A stretch of 64,000 nucleotides of DNA. It comes from a virus. Every line of letters starts with the position of its first letter. Position 1 is the stretch's first letter. The notes below the pieces were generated by a model, which saw nothing but the letters and a program-made list of their open reading frames with translations, was not told the DNA's origin and made no database searches. Location: positions 48,563 through 112,562 of the IMG/VR virus record IMGVR_UViG_3300035183_000460. One strand, written 5' to 3'. Below are positions 21,701 to 29,825 of this stretch, piece after piece. The translations under genes and the position numbers were made by a program.

Positions 21701-22300
21701 GTTAAGCCAAGTGGCGATTTAGCTAAGGTTGAAGATCTTAATGAACAACATGATGCTATGATGGATGTTGCAACTGCTCCTCCAAAAGTACGTAAAGAAG
21801 CAGAAGCAATTCAACAATTAATTGTTGAAGGCAAGCTTGATCCAAATGAAGTAGATGCATTAGTTGCAGAAGGTCTTGATAAAGACGCTGTTGCTTATTG
21901 GAAGAAATTCTATGGTCAAGTCGGTTCTGAAGGATCAGAATTCGCTGCTGAATTAGTTAAAGAGCATGCTAAGGCAAAAGCACAAGAAGAAATGGAAGCT
22001 TATAAAGTTAAGCTTGCTAGAGCTTATGAATTAACCTATGATATGGTTGATCGTGGACTATGCGCTCGTGATAGATCAGCCATTACTGCTCAAGTTAACG
22101 AAATTATGAAATTTAACGATGAAGGATTTGAATCACTTAAACGTGTGGTTTCAAGACATAATTTAGTTAAAGAGGCTGGTCATGTACCGCAAGTTGGATT
22201 AATTGGTTCTAGCGAATCCGTTGCCGCTAAAGTTGAATCAGATAATTTATTTGAACAATTAAATGCCGCGTTTTCAAAATCAACAAAGAGATTGTTTTAA
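18743..22300 (+). CDS. Prohead maturation protease fused to a long scaffold region
   Basis: NGDIFPEEEL..WVGKPLCVDH, VRGFIVD, VSMG (nucleophile Ser), CSDC..CNH and ELSIVVNGADPQA indicate an HK97/assemblin-fold protease. About 900 aa of coiled coil and low-complexity sequence follow. Confidence 0.85.
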   Translation: MQYGFIKLGEWLEASRVEEFSSVAPIIDDFVVQEHFKKIAAGLKTIAPKAEDFLYFSAVMMHAAEASALNPDGTPKLTATGEPVKVGWIKDKGSWRWTTNDKSIRPYKNSNGDIFPEEELIKAHRKWVGKPLCVDHKSDSVDHVRGFIVDTYYDRNLKRVVALCALDKHNYPELARKVATGYSTCVSMGTAVGQAICSDCGQVARTEKDFCNHMRSKTCYGEINIDLSPIELSIVVNGADPQAKIKHIIAAANNLNNYVSLKEKELNKLSVNNNAYELINIRKDLDETITKLAKLEEIILEEKLQKDTNDLALNQTASTATMQETDVPSTDFNIAPPAQRLASKEKDALIKEFQAIATSLEAKVADMKKNLDKLSNNNILNKEEHMSESKDNLNKQAFYQGTEEPTPGQAKYTKDPLNEKLRTDGDKHMNLNPKDIGEVDEIFPGDLEKKKMLARAQAEERAMRRQYAISKAKEALEKKSWFQGGGGVNEPTPGKTKYTPDKMNEDLREKSDKQMVGKKPFPGVGDVDDMYPNDRKVKEPLKRASLRARFVKAANKDGTQNLGDSAWEVYLGDELLLTASVSDLSGQRAELLYDTIATKDFGSKLIEKIKVFGADKVAKMYKIAQDVAPGTAAQNVAPAQNAAPAQVTPPNPNVVPAKDAVQTPDATQTSSTDATTDAGSAKGDPKETVKDLMNKTVDVVSDLKESVDALIGEQSEMGDLGELGKSASDTNTALNKMRVELNGALIDAMKETIAELEDHHEELKMIYAMYDKGTISSSNDEFVKSIVEDAITDAKTSLADSFKLMSAFVKYARGTEAIVKRASLEADLNKLAESNMELEESDLDDLDRDNNGELMDMIESTDTDLSNLKKEVDYVDDSSSVDSSSSDSSSVDSSSYDSSSVDSSSSDSSSVDDSCDEQSADMVAVETPSGKKVTVPQGSKVSEASFDLQTKEGRALYRAKLASEMLETSPHLNEAHPKGGYTTDLDVKPSGDLAKVEDLNEQHDAMMDVATAPPKVRKEAEAIQQLIVEGKLDPNEVDALVAEGLDKDAVAYWKKFYGQVGSEGSEFAAELVKEHAKAKAQEEMEAYKVKLARAYELTYDMVDRGLCARDRSAITAQVNEIMKFNDEGFESLKRVVSRHNLVKEAGHVPQVGLIGSSESVAAKVESDNLFEQLNAAFSKSTKRLF
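20639..20680 (+). repeat. 18-bp coding tandem repeat (AQNxAP)
   Basis: gcacaaaacgtagctcca / gcacaaaacgcagctcca / gcacaa. Confidence 0.85.
21371..21478 (+). repeat. 30-bp coding tandem repeat (DSSSVDSSSS), about 3.6 copies
   Basis: Unit gattcatcatctgttgattcgtcttcttct. Confidence 0.9.
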
Positions 22301-22309
22301 TAAGGGGCA

Positions 22310-22951
22310 ATGAATATGAAAACAAAAAGCGTATCTGAATTAATAGCACTAGGAATGAACGACGTTCTTAATAGCGAAGAGATGTCAAATTTATTCAATA
22401 CTAATTATAAAACAGCCAAACATAAATGTGACTGTGAATGTGAATGTGAAATGGATCATGATAATTCTTTGGATAAAGAAGACTGTAGCATGTCATCTGT
22501 TGAAGAGTACGATGATGATTCTAAAGAAGTTGAAGCATATAATATTGCAATAGAAGGTTTGATAAAAGCATCGGCAGCACTTGATTATGTTGGATTTGAA
22601 AAGGGTGCGTTTGCTAGCCTTGGACTAGCTAGTTTGGTTGCAGAAGCAAAAAAGAAAAAACAAAAAGATAAGAAAGATAAAAAAGATAAACAAGATAAAA
22701 AAGATTCTACAAAATCTTTAAAAGATAGTGGTAAATCAATGAAAGATTCTACAAAATCTTTAAAAGATAGTGGTAAATCAATGAAAGATTCTACAAAATC
22801 TTTAAAAGATAGCGGTAAATCAATGAAAGATTCTACAAAATCTTCAAATTCAAAAGATAGCGGTAAATCAATGAATGATTCTACAAAATCTTCAAAAGAT
22901 AGTGTTAGATCAATGAAAGATGCTACGAAATATGTAAAAAAATATGTATAA
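22310..22951 (+). CDS. Hypothetical protein with an acidic N-half and a Lys/Ser repeat tail
   Basis: 213 aa. CDCECEC motif and KDSTKSLKDSGKSM repeats. Confidence 0.75.
   Translation: MNMKTKSVSELIALGMNDVLNSEEMSNLFNTNYKTAKHKCDCECECEMDHDNSLDKEDCSMSSVEEYDDDSKEVEAYNIAIEGLIKASAALDYVGFEKGAFASLGLASLVAEAKKKKQKDKKDKKDKQDKKDSTKSLKDSGKSMKDSTKSLKDSGKSMKDSTKSLKDSGKSMKDSTKSSNSKDSGKSMNDSTKSSKDSVRSMKDATKYVKKYV
22700..22931 (+). repeat. 42-bp coding tandem repeat, about 5.4 copies
   Basis: Unit aaagattctacaaaatctttaaaagatagtggtaaatcaatg. Confidence 0.92.
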
Positions 22952-23064
22952 GTTGTATAAAACATTAAATTAAATTTTTATAAATATTGAAAATAAATAA
23001 ACACTTATACTAATAAAATATTTGTGTTAATTTTATCTATAAAATAGAAATAATAAGGTATAAT

Positions 23065-23460
23065 ATGACCGATAGATTGTTTAAATTGGGAAGCGTTGCA
23101 GATGAATTGATGACAAATATGGAAAAAGAGCTTTCCTCTATTCAGAAAGATAATAAAATAGCAAAAGTGTCAAAAGCTTTTGATTATTTAAATTATGCAG
23201 CAGAATTATTTGATGATGTTGGTCGTATTAAAGAAGCAGAAGTAATTACTAAATTAATTGAAAAAATGGCTAGTGATGATATTCCAGAAGTATTTGAAAT
23301 AAAAAGTTTGTTGCATGATACTGAAGAAAAATCATCTGAAGAACCTGAAGGTAAACTTTTAAAGTTCAAAAGTTTGTTACATAAAGAAAAGCCAAAGTCT
23401 CATCCAGGTGATGAGCTTTTTGAATTTGATGAAAAAGATTTTACTAAAAAAAAAGTATAG
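23065..23460 (+). CDS. Hypothetical head-module protein (short form; see the frameshift extension)
   Basis: AAGG RBS, 131 aa, ending AAA AAA AAA GTA TAG. Confidence 0.75.
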   Translation: MTDRLFKLGSVADELMTNMEKELSSIQKDNKIAKVSKAFDYLNYAAELFDDVGRIKEAEVITKLIEKMASDDIPEVFEIKSLLHDTEEKSSEEPEGKLLKFKSLLHKEKPKSHPGDELFEFDEKDFTKKKV

Positions 23461-23654
23461 CTACTAATAAAAATAAAAATATTAATTTATCATCTAAGCA
23501 AATAATAAAAAATTTATTAGAAACAGGTAATTCATTTTATTATTATGCTGATGATAAAAATTATGCTGATTTATTAAATTCAGATATTGAAGATTGTATC
23601 GAAGTAAATAATTCAGATTCTTATTTAGATATGGAATTTGAGGACGAGATATAA
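23446..23654 (+). other. -1-frame coding extension of the 23065 gene, entered at an A9 run
   Basis: The -1 frame is closed by TAA at 23445-47. After the A9 it is open for 66 codons (SIATNKNKN...KNLLETGNSFYYYADDKNYADLLNSDIEDCIEV...MEFEDEI*) up to TAA 23652-54. The only ATG is 7 codons from the end. Confidence 0.7.
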
Positions 23655-23699
23655 TTTTATATATATATTTGATATATTCAAATATAAAAAGGTAAGATA

Positions 23700-24386
23700 A
23701 TGCTTCGATTGGTTAATATTGGAAATTCTCAGCCAGTTAGTTTTATATGTGATCCAAGTGCTCAATTTGAGCCAGGAATGATTGCAGAATTAACAGTAAT
23801 AGGTAATCAGGTAATGGCAACGGTTTCTAAAGGAACCGCTCCAATTGGAGTAATTGATGATATTAGGACTAAAGCATTTTATGCAGTTTCCTGGAATGAA
23901 GTAGTAATTGTTCCTGCTACTGGAGTTATGAGTGGTGGTAAATTAGTTACTCCAGTAGATATTACTGCTAATTTAAAATATCCATATATTACAGCATCAA
24001 GCTTTGCTTCAACAGTTGATGTTAAATTAAATGCTATAAATGGAACTATTACTTTTATAGCTGGAACTGAACTTAATTTTGATGCGACTGGAAGCGGATC
24101 GCCAAATGCAATTAGAACTATTGTCAGTTATACTTATCAAGTTCCTAATATTCCAGGAGATGATAGCACCCAAGGTTCTGGACGCATTACAGTCTGGTAT
24201 CAACGAATGTTTTTTCAGACTAATAAATATGAAACTAATCAACAATATCCAGTTAAAGCAAATCTTTATGTTAGCGAAAATGGATTATTAACTACTAGAA
24301 AGCCTAGTAATATTCATCCTGCTGTTGCTATGGTTACTGCGCCACCTTCCCCAATTAATTCTTTTATTGAAGCGCTTTGGTTTTAA
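23700..24386 (+). CDS. Capsid decoration / cement-like protein, paralogue of 31236
   Basis: STQGSGRITVW and LYVSENGLLT match TATGSGKVTCW and LYATSSGLIT in 31236. Confidence 0.55.
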   Translation: MLRLVNIGNSQPVSFICDPSAQFEPGMIAELTVIGNQVMATVSKGTAPIGVIDDIRTKAFYAVSWNEVVIVPATGVMSGGKLVTPVDITANLKYPYITASSFASTVDVKLNAINGTITFIAGTELNFDATGSGSPNAIRTIVSYTYQVPNIPGDDSTQGSGRITVWYQRMFFQTNKYETNQQYPVKANLYVSENGLLTTRKPSNIHPAVAMVTAPPSPINSFIEALWF

Positions 24387-24485
24387 ATTATATTCAATAA
24401 ATTAAAAATATCGATAATAAGACATCATTTATATCTATACTTTAGCATAGTTATAGATTAATTTTATTTTATTGAGGTCTAAATA

Positions 24486-25967
24486 ATGTCTTTTAAACAT
24501 ATTAAATTTGAAGATTCAATCACTATGAGATCATTAGAAAAATTAGCAGTTTCTAAGGGTTTGATTAAACCTGATGCTGTTATTAAAATTGCAAACAAAT
24601 CAGAAAACAAGGATTTTAGACCAACAAATGATTTTACAGTGAATATAATTAAATTATGTGAAGGTTTAAGATCATTTGGTTTTACTAAACAAGCAGAAGA
24701 AATTGAATTAAAATTTTTATTATTTAAAAAAGCTTCTGCAGATAATTATAACACTTCAAAAGAAGTTGGAGAAGATTTGGTTGAAGCTGCACATCCAGAA
24801 GGAAGTCATACTATTGAAAATGTTTTAGGTGATGCCGTCGTAGAAACAATTGTTGATCAAAAAAAGAAAATTGAAGATATTGTTAATAAAAAGCCAACCG
24901 GCAAATTTGCATCAAATAAAGATATTGTAGAGGCAGTAAAATTATCTTTAGGTGGAGTTGCAGAATTTAGTGCGGCAGATTTAGGATCCAAACAAGGTGT
25001 ATTTGCAAAAATTTTGCAGTTATTAACTAGATCTTCTCCAGCTACTATAGAAACAGGAGGAGCTGTAGGAGCAGGAGAAGTGGCAGCTACAGGAATAGGA
25101 GCAACTACAGTTTCTACTACCGCTTCTGCATTAGCAATTCCATTAGCTGCCATTGTTGGTGGATACATTGGATACAAAATATTTGAGAATAAATTTTATT
25201 CTACTGATTTAAAAAAAGCTTATGACAATTGCATTTCAGAGGCAAATGATGTTTTAAAATTGATGTCAGATAAACAAATTGTTGATTTGAAACATTTAAA
25301 AGAAAATTTTATGGCTGCAATGGATTTATCTGAAAAAATGTCTGCAAATGCAAAAGATCCAAAAGTTAAAGATGTCATGATGATGAAATCATATATTAAT
25401 CATTTACTAGATGCTATGAATGCAGCCGCATCATTAATGTCATGGGCTCGTGGTAAACGCACTAAAACAGAAGGTATGAAACCTGGAACGTTTGTTAGCG
25501 ATGACAGTATATGGTCAGAATATATAGCTTCGTCGCCTTTTCTTTTGCTGTCTGATGCATCTCAGCTAAAAGATTTAGAACTGGCTGCTGGTAATTTTAT
25601 TAATGTTGCTTCAAAAGCAAAAGCAGAAACTCAGCATACAATTAATTCTATAATTTCTGATGTTACAGAAAAAGCTAATGAAGAAATAAAACAACAAGGT
25701 GGAGAATCAGTTGTAGAGTTACAAAAAGCACAAGATGAAGCATTAAAAACTATTAATATATGGAAATACAAAATCAATGCTGGACAATATGAAAATAAAA
25801 ATGTTTTATTAAGCTTTTTAAATAAAGCTGAAAAAATTATTACAGATCAGAAAAATGCTTTTGACTCTGCAAAAGAAAACAAAGTATATATTGTTAAAGA
25901 ATATAAAGAGAAATTAGATAAAGTTTTACAAAAATTAGAAATATTTAAGAGCCACTGGATAAAGTAA
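24486..25967 (+). CDS. Putative inner-head / ejection protein with a Gly/Ala-rich hydrophobic segment
   Basis: GAGG RBS. ASALAIPLAAIVGGYIGY hydrophobic stretch. N-domain shared with 29826. Confidence 0.55.
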   Translation: MSFKHIKFEDSITMRSLEKLAVSKGLIKPDAVIKIANKSENKDFRPTNDFTVNIIKLCEGLRSFGFTKQAEEIELKFLLFKKASADNYNTSKEVGEDLVEAAHPEGSHTIENVLGDAVVETIVDQKKKIEDIVNKKPTGKFASNKDIVEAVKLSLGGVAEFSAADLGSKQGVFAKILQLLTRSSPATIETGGAVGAGEVAATGIGATTVSTTASALAIPLAAIVGGYIGYKIFENKFYSTDLKKAYDNCISEANDVLKLMSDKQIVDLKHLKENFMAAMDLSEKMSANAKDPKVKDVMMMKSYINHLLDAMNAAASLMSWARGKRTKTEGMKPGTFVSDDSIWSEYIASSPFLLLSDASQLKDLELAAGNFINVASKAKAETQHTINSIISDVTEKANEEIKQQGGESVVELQKAQDEALKTINIWKYKINAGQYENKNVLLSFLNKAEKIITDQKNAFDSAKENKVYIVKEYKEKLDKVLQKLEIFKSHWIK

Positions 25968-25970
25968 TAA

Positions 25971-27167
25971 ATGAAAAATATAGTTCAATTAATAAAAAAA
26001 ATAGCAAAAGACGATGATTTAGATGTTCCTTTAAATCCAAACATTTCTAAACCATCATCCGTGTCAAAAGACGATGATTTAGATGTTCCTTTAAATCCAA
26101 ACATTTCTAAACCATCATCTGTGTCAAAAGACAATAATGTAAGTGTCCCTTCTGATACAACTGCACAAAAATCTAAATATGTGTTAGCCAGATCTCCTCT
26201 CATTAAAGAAATGCAAGAAAAAATGCAAAAATTGGCTGACATTATTTCTGAACAAATTGATTTCGATTCATTATTTCAAGGTATACTGTATCCTCAAGCA
26301 GCAAATCTTCAAAATATCAGTAAATCATTAGGTCGTACATCATTTAGTAATTTTATGGTTTTATCATATTTAAGAGATTCTGCTGTAAAAGGTGTTGAAT
26401 TTGATCCTGATCCTAAGAAATCAAAATTAAGTCAAAAAATGCCATCAGATTTAAAAAATATGTATGTTGTTTTAGATTCAATTAAAAGATTAGGTTCAGA
26501 AAGTAATGAATTTGCTGTGGATGGTATATGGGGTCCAAGAACTAATAATTCTTTGAGAAATATTGTTGCAATTGCAGATGCTATTTTAAGAATTAGTGAT
26601 GATTTAGGTTTTAAAGTAAAATCATTTAATTCATTACAATTAAAAGATTTGCAATCAATGATTCCTTTAACTGATAAAGATATTTCATTACAAGAAAAAA
26701 ATATACGCGCACCATTTATTTCTAAATATTTAGATGATTTGATTTCTTTATTTAAAGAATTTAATGAAGAAATATTGAATAGTCCATATAATAAACAACA
26801 AATAGAGGGCGCTAGTTTTATAACATACAAAAAAAGTAAAACTAAAGATGTTCCAGATATGAGTGATGATGAGAAAAATATTTATTTAGATTTGGTAAAA
26901 AATAAAAATCAAAGTTTTTATGTACAGCCAGATCAAGCAAAATTTAAAATAAATTTGGGTAGTGGTACACCATTTATAATTACAGCCGCTGATTTACTAA
27001 ATGCACAATCTTTAGACAATTGGGCAAGTCGTAATTCATATACTAATGAATGGCGTAAAAATCCTGAACACTGGAAAATTGTAGTTGATCAAATAATAAA
27101 GCAGGTTAAACAACAAATAAATCAACAACTTTCATTAACGAGAGTACCAGAACCAAAAGGAATATAA
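25971..27167 (+). CDS. Hypothetical virion protein with a peptidoglycan-binding-like motif
   Basis: VDGIWGPRTNNSL resembles the PG_binding_1 DGxxGPxT motif. N-terminal 20-aa duplication. Confidence 0.55.
   Translation: MKNIVQLIKKIAKDDDLDVPLNPNISKPSSVSKDDDLDVPLNPNISKPSSVSKDNNVSVPSDTTAQKSKYVLARSPLIKEMQEKMQKLADIISEQIDFDSLFQGILYPQAANLQNISKSLGRTSFSNFMVLSYLRDSAVKGVEFDPDPKKSKLSQKMPSDLKNMYVVLDSIKRLGSESNEFAVDGIWGPRTNNSLRNIVAIADAILRISDDLGFKVKSFNSLQLKDLQSMIPLTDKDISLQEKNIRAPFISKYLDDLISLFKEFNEEILNSPYNKQQIEGASFITYKKSKTKDVPDMSDDEKNIYLDLVKNKNQSFYVQPDQAKFKINLGSGTPFIITAADLLNAQSLDNWASRNSYTNEWRKNPEHWKIVVDQIIKQVKQQINQQLSLTRVPEPKGI
26005..26124 (+). repeat. 60-bp coding tandem duplication (partial third copy to ~26150)
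   Basis: KDDDLDVPLNPNISKPSSVS x2, with one mismatch. Confidence 0.92.
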
Positions 27168-27173
27168 AATATT

Positions 27174-28700
27174 ATGAGTTTTATATATAATGATAAAAAC
27201 TTAATACTTACTTTAATTAAAAGTGGTATTGATTTTGAGAATAAATATGTTCGAAAAAATGCGCAAACTTTACCTTTGGATCCAAATGCAGATCCAAGTG
27301 TTAAAAATTATTTATTATTAACTCGTAAACTAGTTGATCAATTAGAGCAAAATTTTTATAATAAAGATAAAGGTCAAAATGTTCCTGCAGAAATTTCAAC
27401 AGAATTAGATGTGTCATCACCATTAAATGTTTCCAGTTTAAGTTCTTTTGGAAATTTTTTGCAATATCTAGAACAAAATAAAATATTAGTTAATGGCAAC
27501 CGTGTTGTATATTTTGGAGAAAATCCAGATCCTAAATCATATTTGCCAGTTTCTGGTGAACTTGATAATATGATGGAAACTGGTAAACGAGAATCTATAA
27601 AACAAGAATATTTTGTTAATATAAAATTACTTCAAGATTATTTACTTTCATTACAAAAATTAGCTCAAGATACAAAAGATAAAGTGTTAGAGATAATGGT
27701 AGGTAAGAGAGTTGAAGATGTTAATAAGATTTTTAGAATGAGTTTACCTAAAAAATATCAAGAACCAGAATATGTATTATCTCAAGAAGAAACATTAACC
27801 ACATTTCCACGTACTATTGATTATAGTAATTATACTGCTGATGGATCAATTCAATTATTATACAAAGATATTGCTGACGCTAATTCTTTTAGGTCATGGG
27901 CTTTTTCTAATAAAATACAACTTAAGATACCTGGATATGATAAAGAATTTAATGTAACTGATGCCGATTTTGATTTCTGTAATTTAATTAAGGTTGTATA
28001 CTTAAAGGCGCGTTGGTTATTAAGTAGATCAATATCTAAAGATCAAGAAAGAAAATATAATATTTTTGTAAAACAAATAGAAATGGTTAGTAAAGGAATT
28101 AGTGGTCCTAATGGAGAAGCTTGCTCATTAACTTCATATGAATATGATAATAAATCAAAAAGTACTAATAAATCAAAAAGTCCTAATGTAACAGATCGTA
28201 GTGAAGTTGAAAAATCTGATGTAGATTATAATAGGGCAAAAATAATTAATTCAATGAAAAATATGTTTCCTTATAAGGAAGGTGAAATAGATTTTGATAG
28301 AATAACTAGATTTGTTGATAAATATTCACAAATAGAACCAAGCATTTCTTCATTTGCAAATACTGTTAAACAGCAAATTAAAAAAGCGAAAAGTATGCTT
28401 GGTGAGGCAGCAACAGGACAGTTTCTTAATGAAGAGGTTGATGATATTCAAAAGAAATTAGAACATCCAGAAAGAATTGCCGAATATTTATTGACATTGC
28501 AATATATAATTGAAACTGTTGCTAAAATAATGATGGTTTTCAAATCTAAAGATTTTGATTATATGGATGATCACACAAAAGATGAATTTATAAAACAAGT
28601 TGGTAGCGATGCCAATGATGCGTCTGCACTTCGTTACAATAATGCTTTGGTTATTAAAAACTGGCAAAGTAATTTACATAGAGTTCTTAGAAATAATTAG
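27174..28700 (+). CDS. Hypothetical virion/inner-head protein
   Basis: 508 aa, with VRKNAQ near the N-terminus. Confidence 0.7.
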   Translation: MSFIYNDKNLILTLIKSGIDFENKYVRKNAQTLPLDPNADPSVKNYLLLTRKLVDQLEQNFYNKDKGQNVPAEISTELDVSSPLNVSSLSSFGNFLQYLEQNKILVNGNRVVYFGENPDPKSYLPVSGELDNMMETGKRESIKQEYFVNIKLLQDYLLSLQKLAQDTKDKVLEIMVGKRVEDVNKIFRMSLPKKYQEPEYVLSQEETLTTFPRTIDYSNYTADGSIQLLYKDIADANSFRSWAFSNKIQLKIPGYDKEFNVTDADFDFCNLIKVVYLKARWLLSRSISKDQERKYNIFVKQIEMVSKGISGPNGEACSLTSYEYDNKSKSTNKSKSPNVTDRSEVEKSDVDYNRAKIINSMKNMFPYKEGEIDFDRITRFVDKYSQIEPSISSFANTVKQQIKKAKSMLGEAATGQFLNEEVDDIQKKLEHPERIAEYLLTLQYIIETVAKIMMVFKSKDFDYMDDHTKDEFIKQVGSDANDASALRYNNALVIKNWQSNLHRVLRNN

Positions 28701-28718
28701 AATTTTTAGAAGGATATA

Positions 28719-29789
28719 ATGTTGTATAAAAAGAATAGAGCAATAAATCTTTATGTTGATGCATTGATAATTCAAGCAGCTTTTGGTGATGAAGTTATTA
28801 CTAAAAAAGCTGAAGGAGAATTTGTTGCATCGCTTATTTCTTCTGTTAAAGATTATGTTGATGCACACATAGATCCAAATGATAAAGTTGGTAGTGTAGT
28901 TAATTTATTGGCTCCTGGAGCGTTTTCTACATTAGTTAGTTCATTATTTCCTAGTTTGAAATGGCTGTCATTTATTTTTGGTTTAGCAATGCGTATATTC
29001 AATATTGATGTTGCTAGTATATTAAAAAATATTTCTTCAGACATAAAATCGTTAATTTCTGGAGGTAAAGAAATCTCCTCAGATCATGTAGATAATATTG
29101 TTACATCGCACTTTAGTGCAGTTCCACCAGCTACACAAGAAGATGCAGAGCGGTTTTTAAAATCTTCTCATATACGAATTAGAGAGGCAAAATTAATTAA
29201 ATTAGCACTTATTAATATAAATGATCAATTAATTAAAAATTCAAAATCTGATAATACTGCCTCTTCATTTATTCTTGGTAAACGCAACACTGTTAACTTA
29301 TTAGCTAAAGCTATAGGATGGATCATAAAAATTATTTTAGCTTCTGCAGGTTTAATGGTTGCGGGTGATGCAGCAAATGCTTTACTAGGAAAACCTAGCG
29401 CATTTACAGGTACACTACAACATGGTAAACCTATTGATGCTACCAAATCTAAACAAACTAGGTTTAAAGTTAATACATCATATTCTGATATTGCTAAAAA
29501 TACTAACTCATCTGTATGGGTAGAGAATGTTAGCCCATCACGTAATAATATTATAAATTTAGTTCTTGATTTTATGGAAGAGGTCTATCCAGAAACTAAA
29601 GATTTTAACAATGAGGCAATGTCAACTCCAGGATTTCAGGTAATAGTAGATGAAATTTTAGATTATAATGAAGCTAATCAAAATAGACAAATGACATATA
29701 TACCAAAAGCTTTTGATACAAAAAAAAGACTTGTAGATATGTTTATTGATCAAGTGGCAGAAAAAGCTGGAAATATGCAAAAATCTTAA
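28719..29789 (+). CDS. Putative ejection protein with two hydrophobic/amphipathic regions
   Basis: AAGGA RBS. LVSSLFPSLKWLSFIFGLAM and AIGWIIKIILASAGLMVAG segments. Confidence 0.55.
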   Translation: MLYKKNRAINLYVDALIIQAAFGDEVITKKAEGEFVASLISSVKDYVDAHIDPNDKVGSVVNLLAPGAFSTLVSSLFPSLKWLSFIFGLAMRIFNIDVASILKNISSDIKSLISGGKEISSDHVDNIVTSHFSAVPPATQEDAERFLKSSHIRIREAKLIKLALININDQLIKNSKSDNTASSFILGKRNTVNLLAKAIGWIIKIILASAGLMVAGDAANALLGKPSAFTGTLQHGKPIDATKSKQTRFKVNTSYSDIAKNTNSSVWVENVSPSRNNIINLVLDFMEEVYPETKDFNNEAMSTPGFQVIVDEILDYNEANQNRQMTYIPKAFDTKKRLVDMFIDQVAEKAGNMQKS

Positions 29790-29825
29790 ATGAATGAATA
29801 TAATGTCATATTAATAAGGTGAACA

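Noticed and set aside
9808-22300. Inteins or introns in terL, portal or protease
   Set aside because: No C/S...HN-C/S/T splice motifs or embedded endonuclease domains. The LAGLIDADG genes are free-standing.
22700-22931. Regular repeats that might be a CRISPR array
   Set aside because: They are in-frame tandem coding repeats with no unique spacers and no cas genes. The same applies to 21371-21478 and 26005-26124.
27174-29789. 27174 and 28719 are in frame and separated only by two TAG codons (possible TAG recoding)
   Set aside because: Long genes throughout are intact under code 11, and 28719 has its own AAGGA RBS. There is no evidence for stop reassignment.
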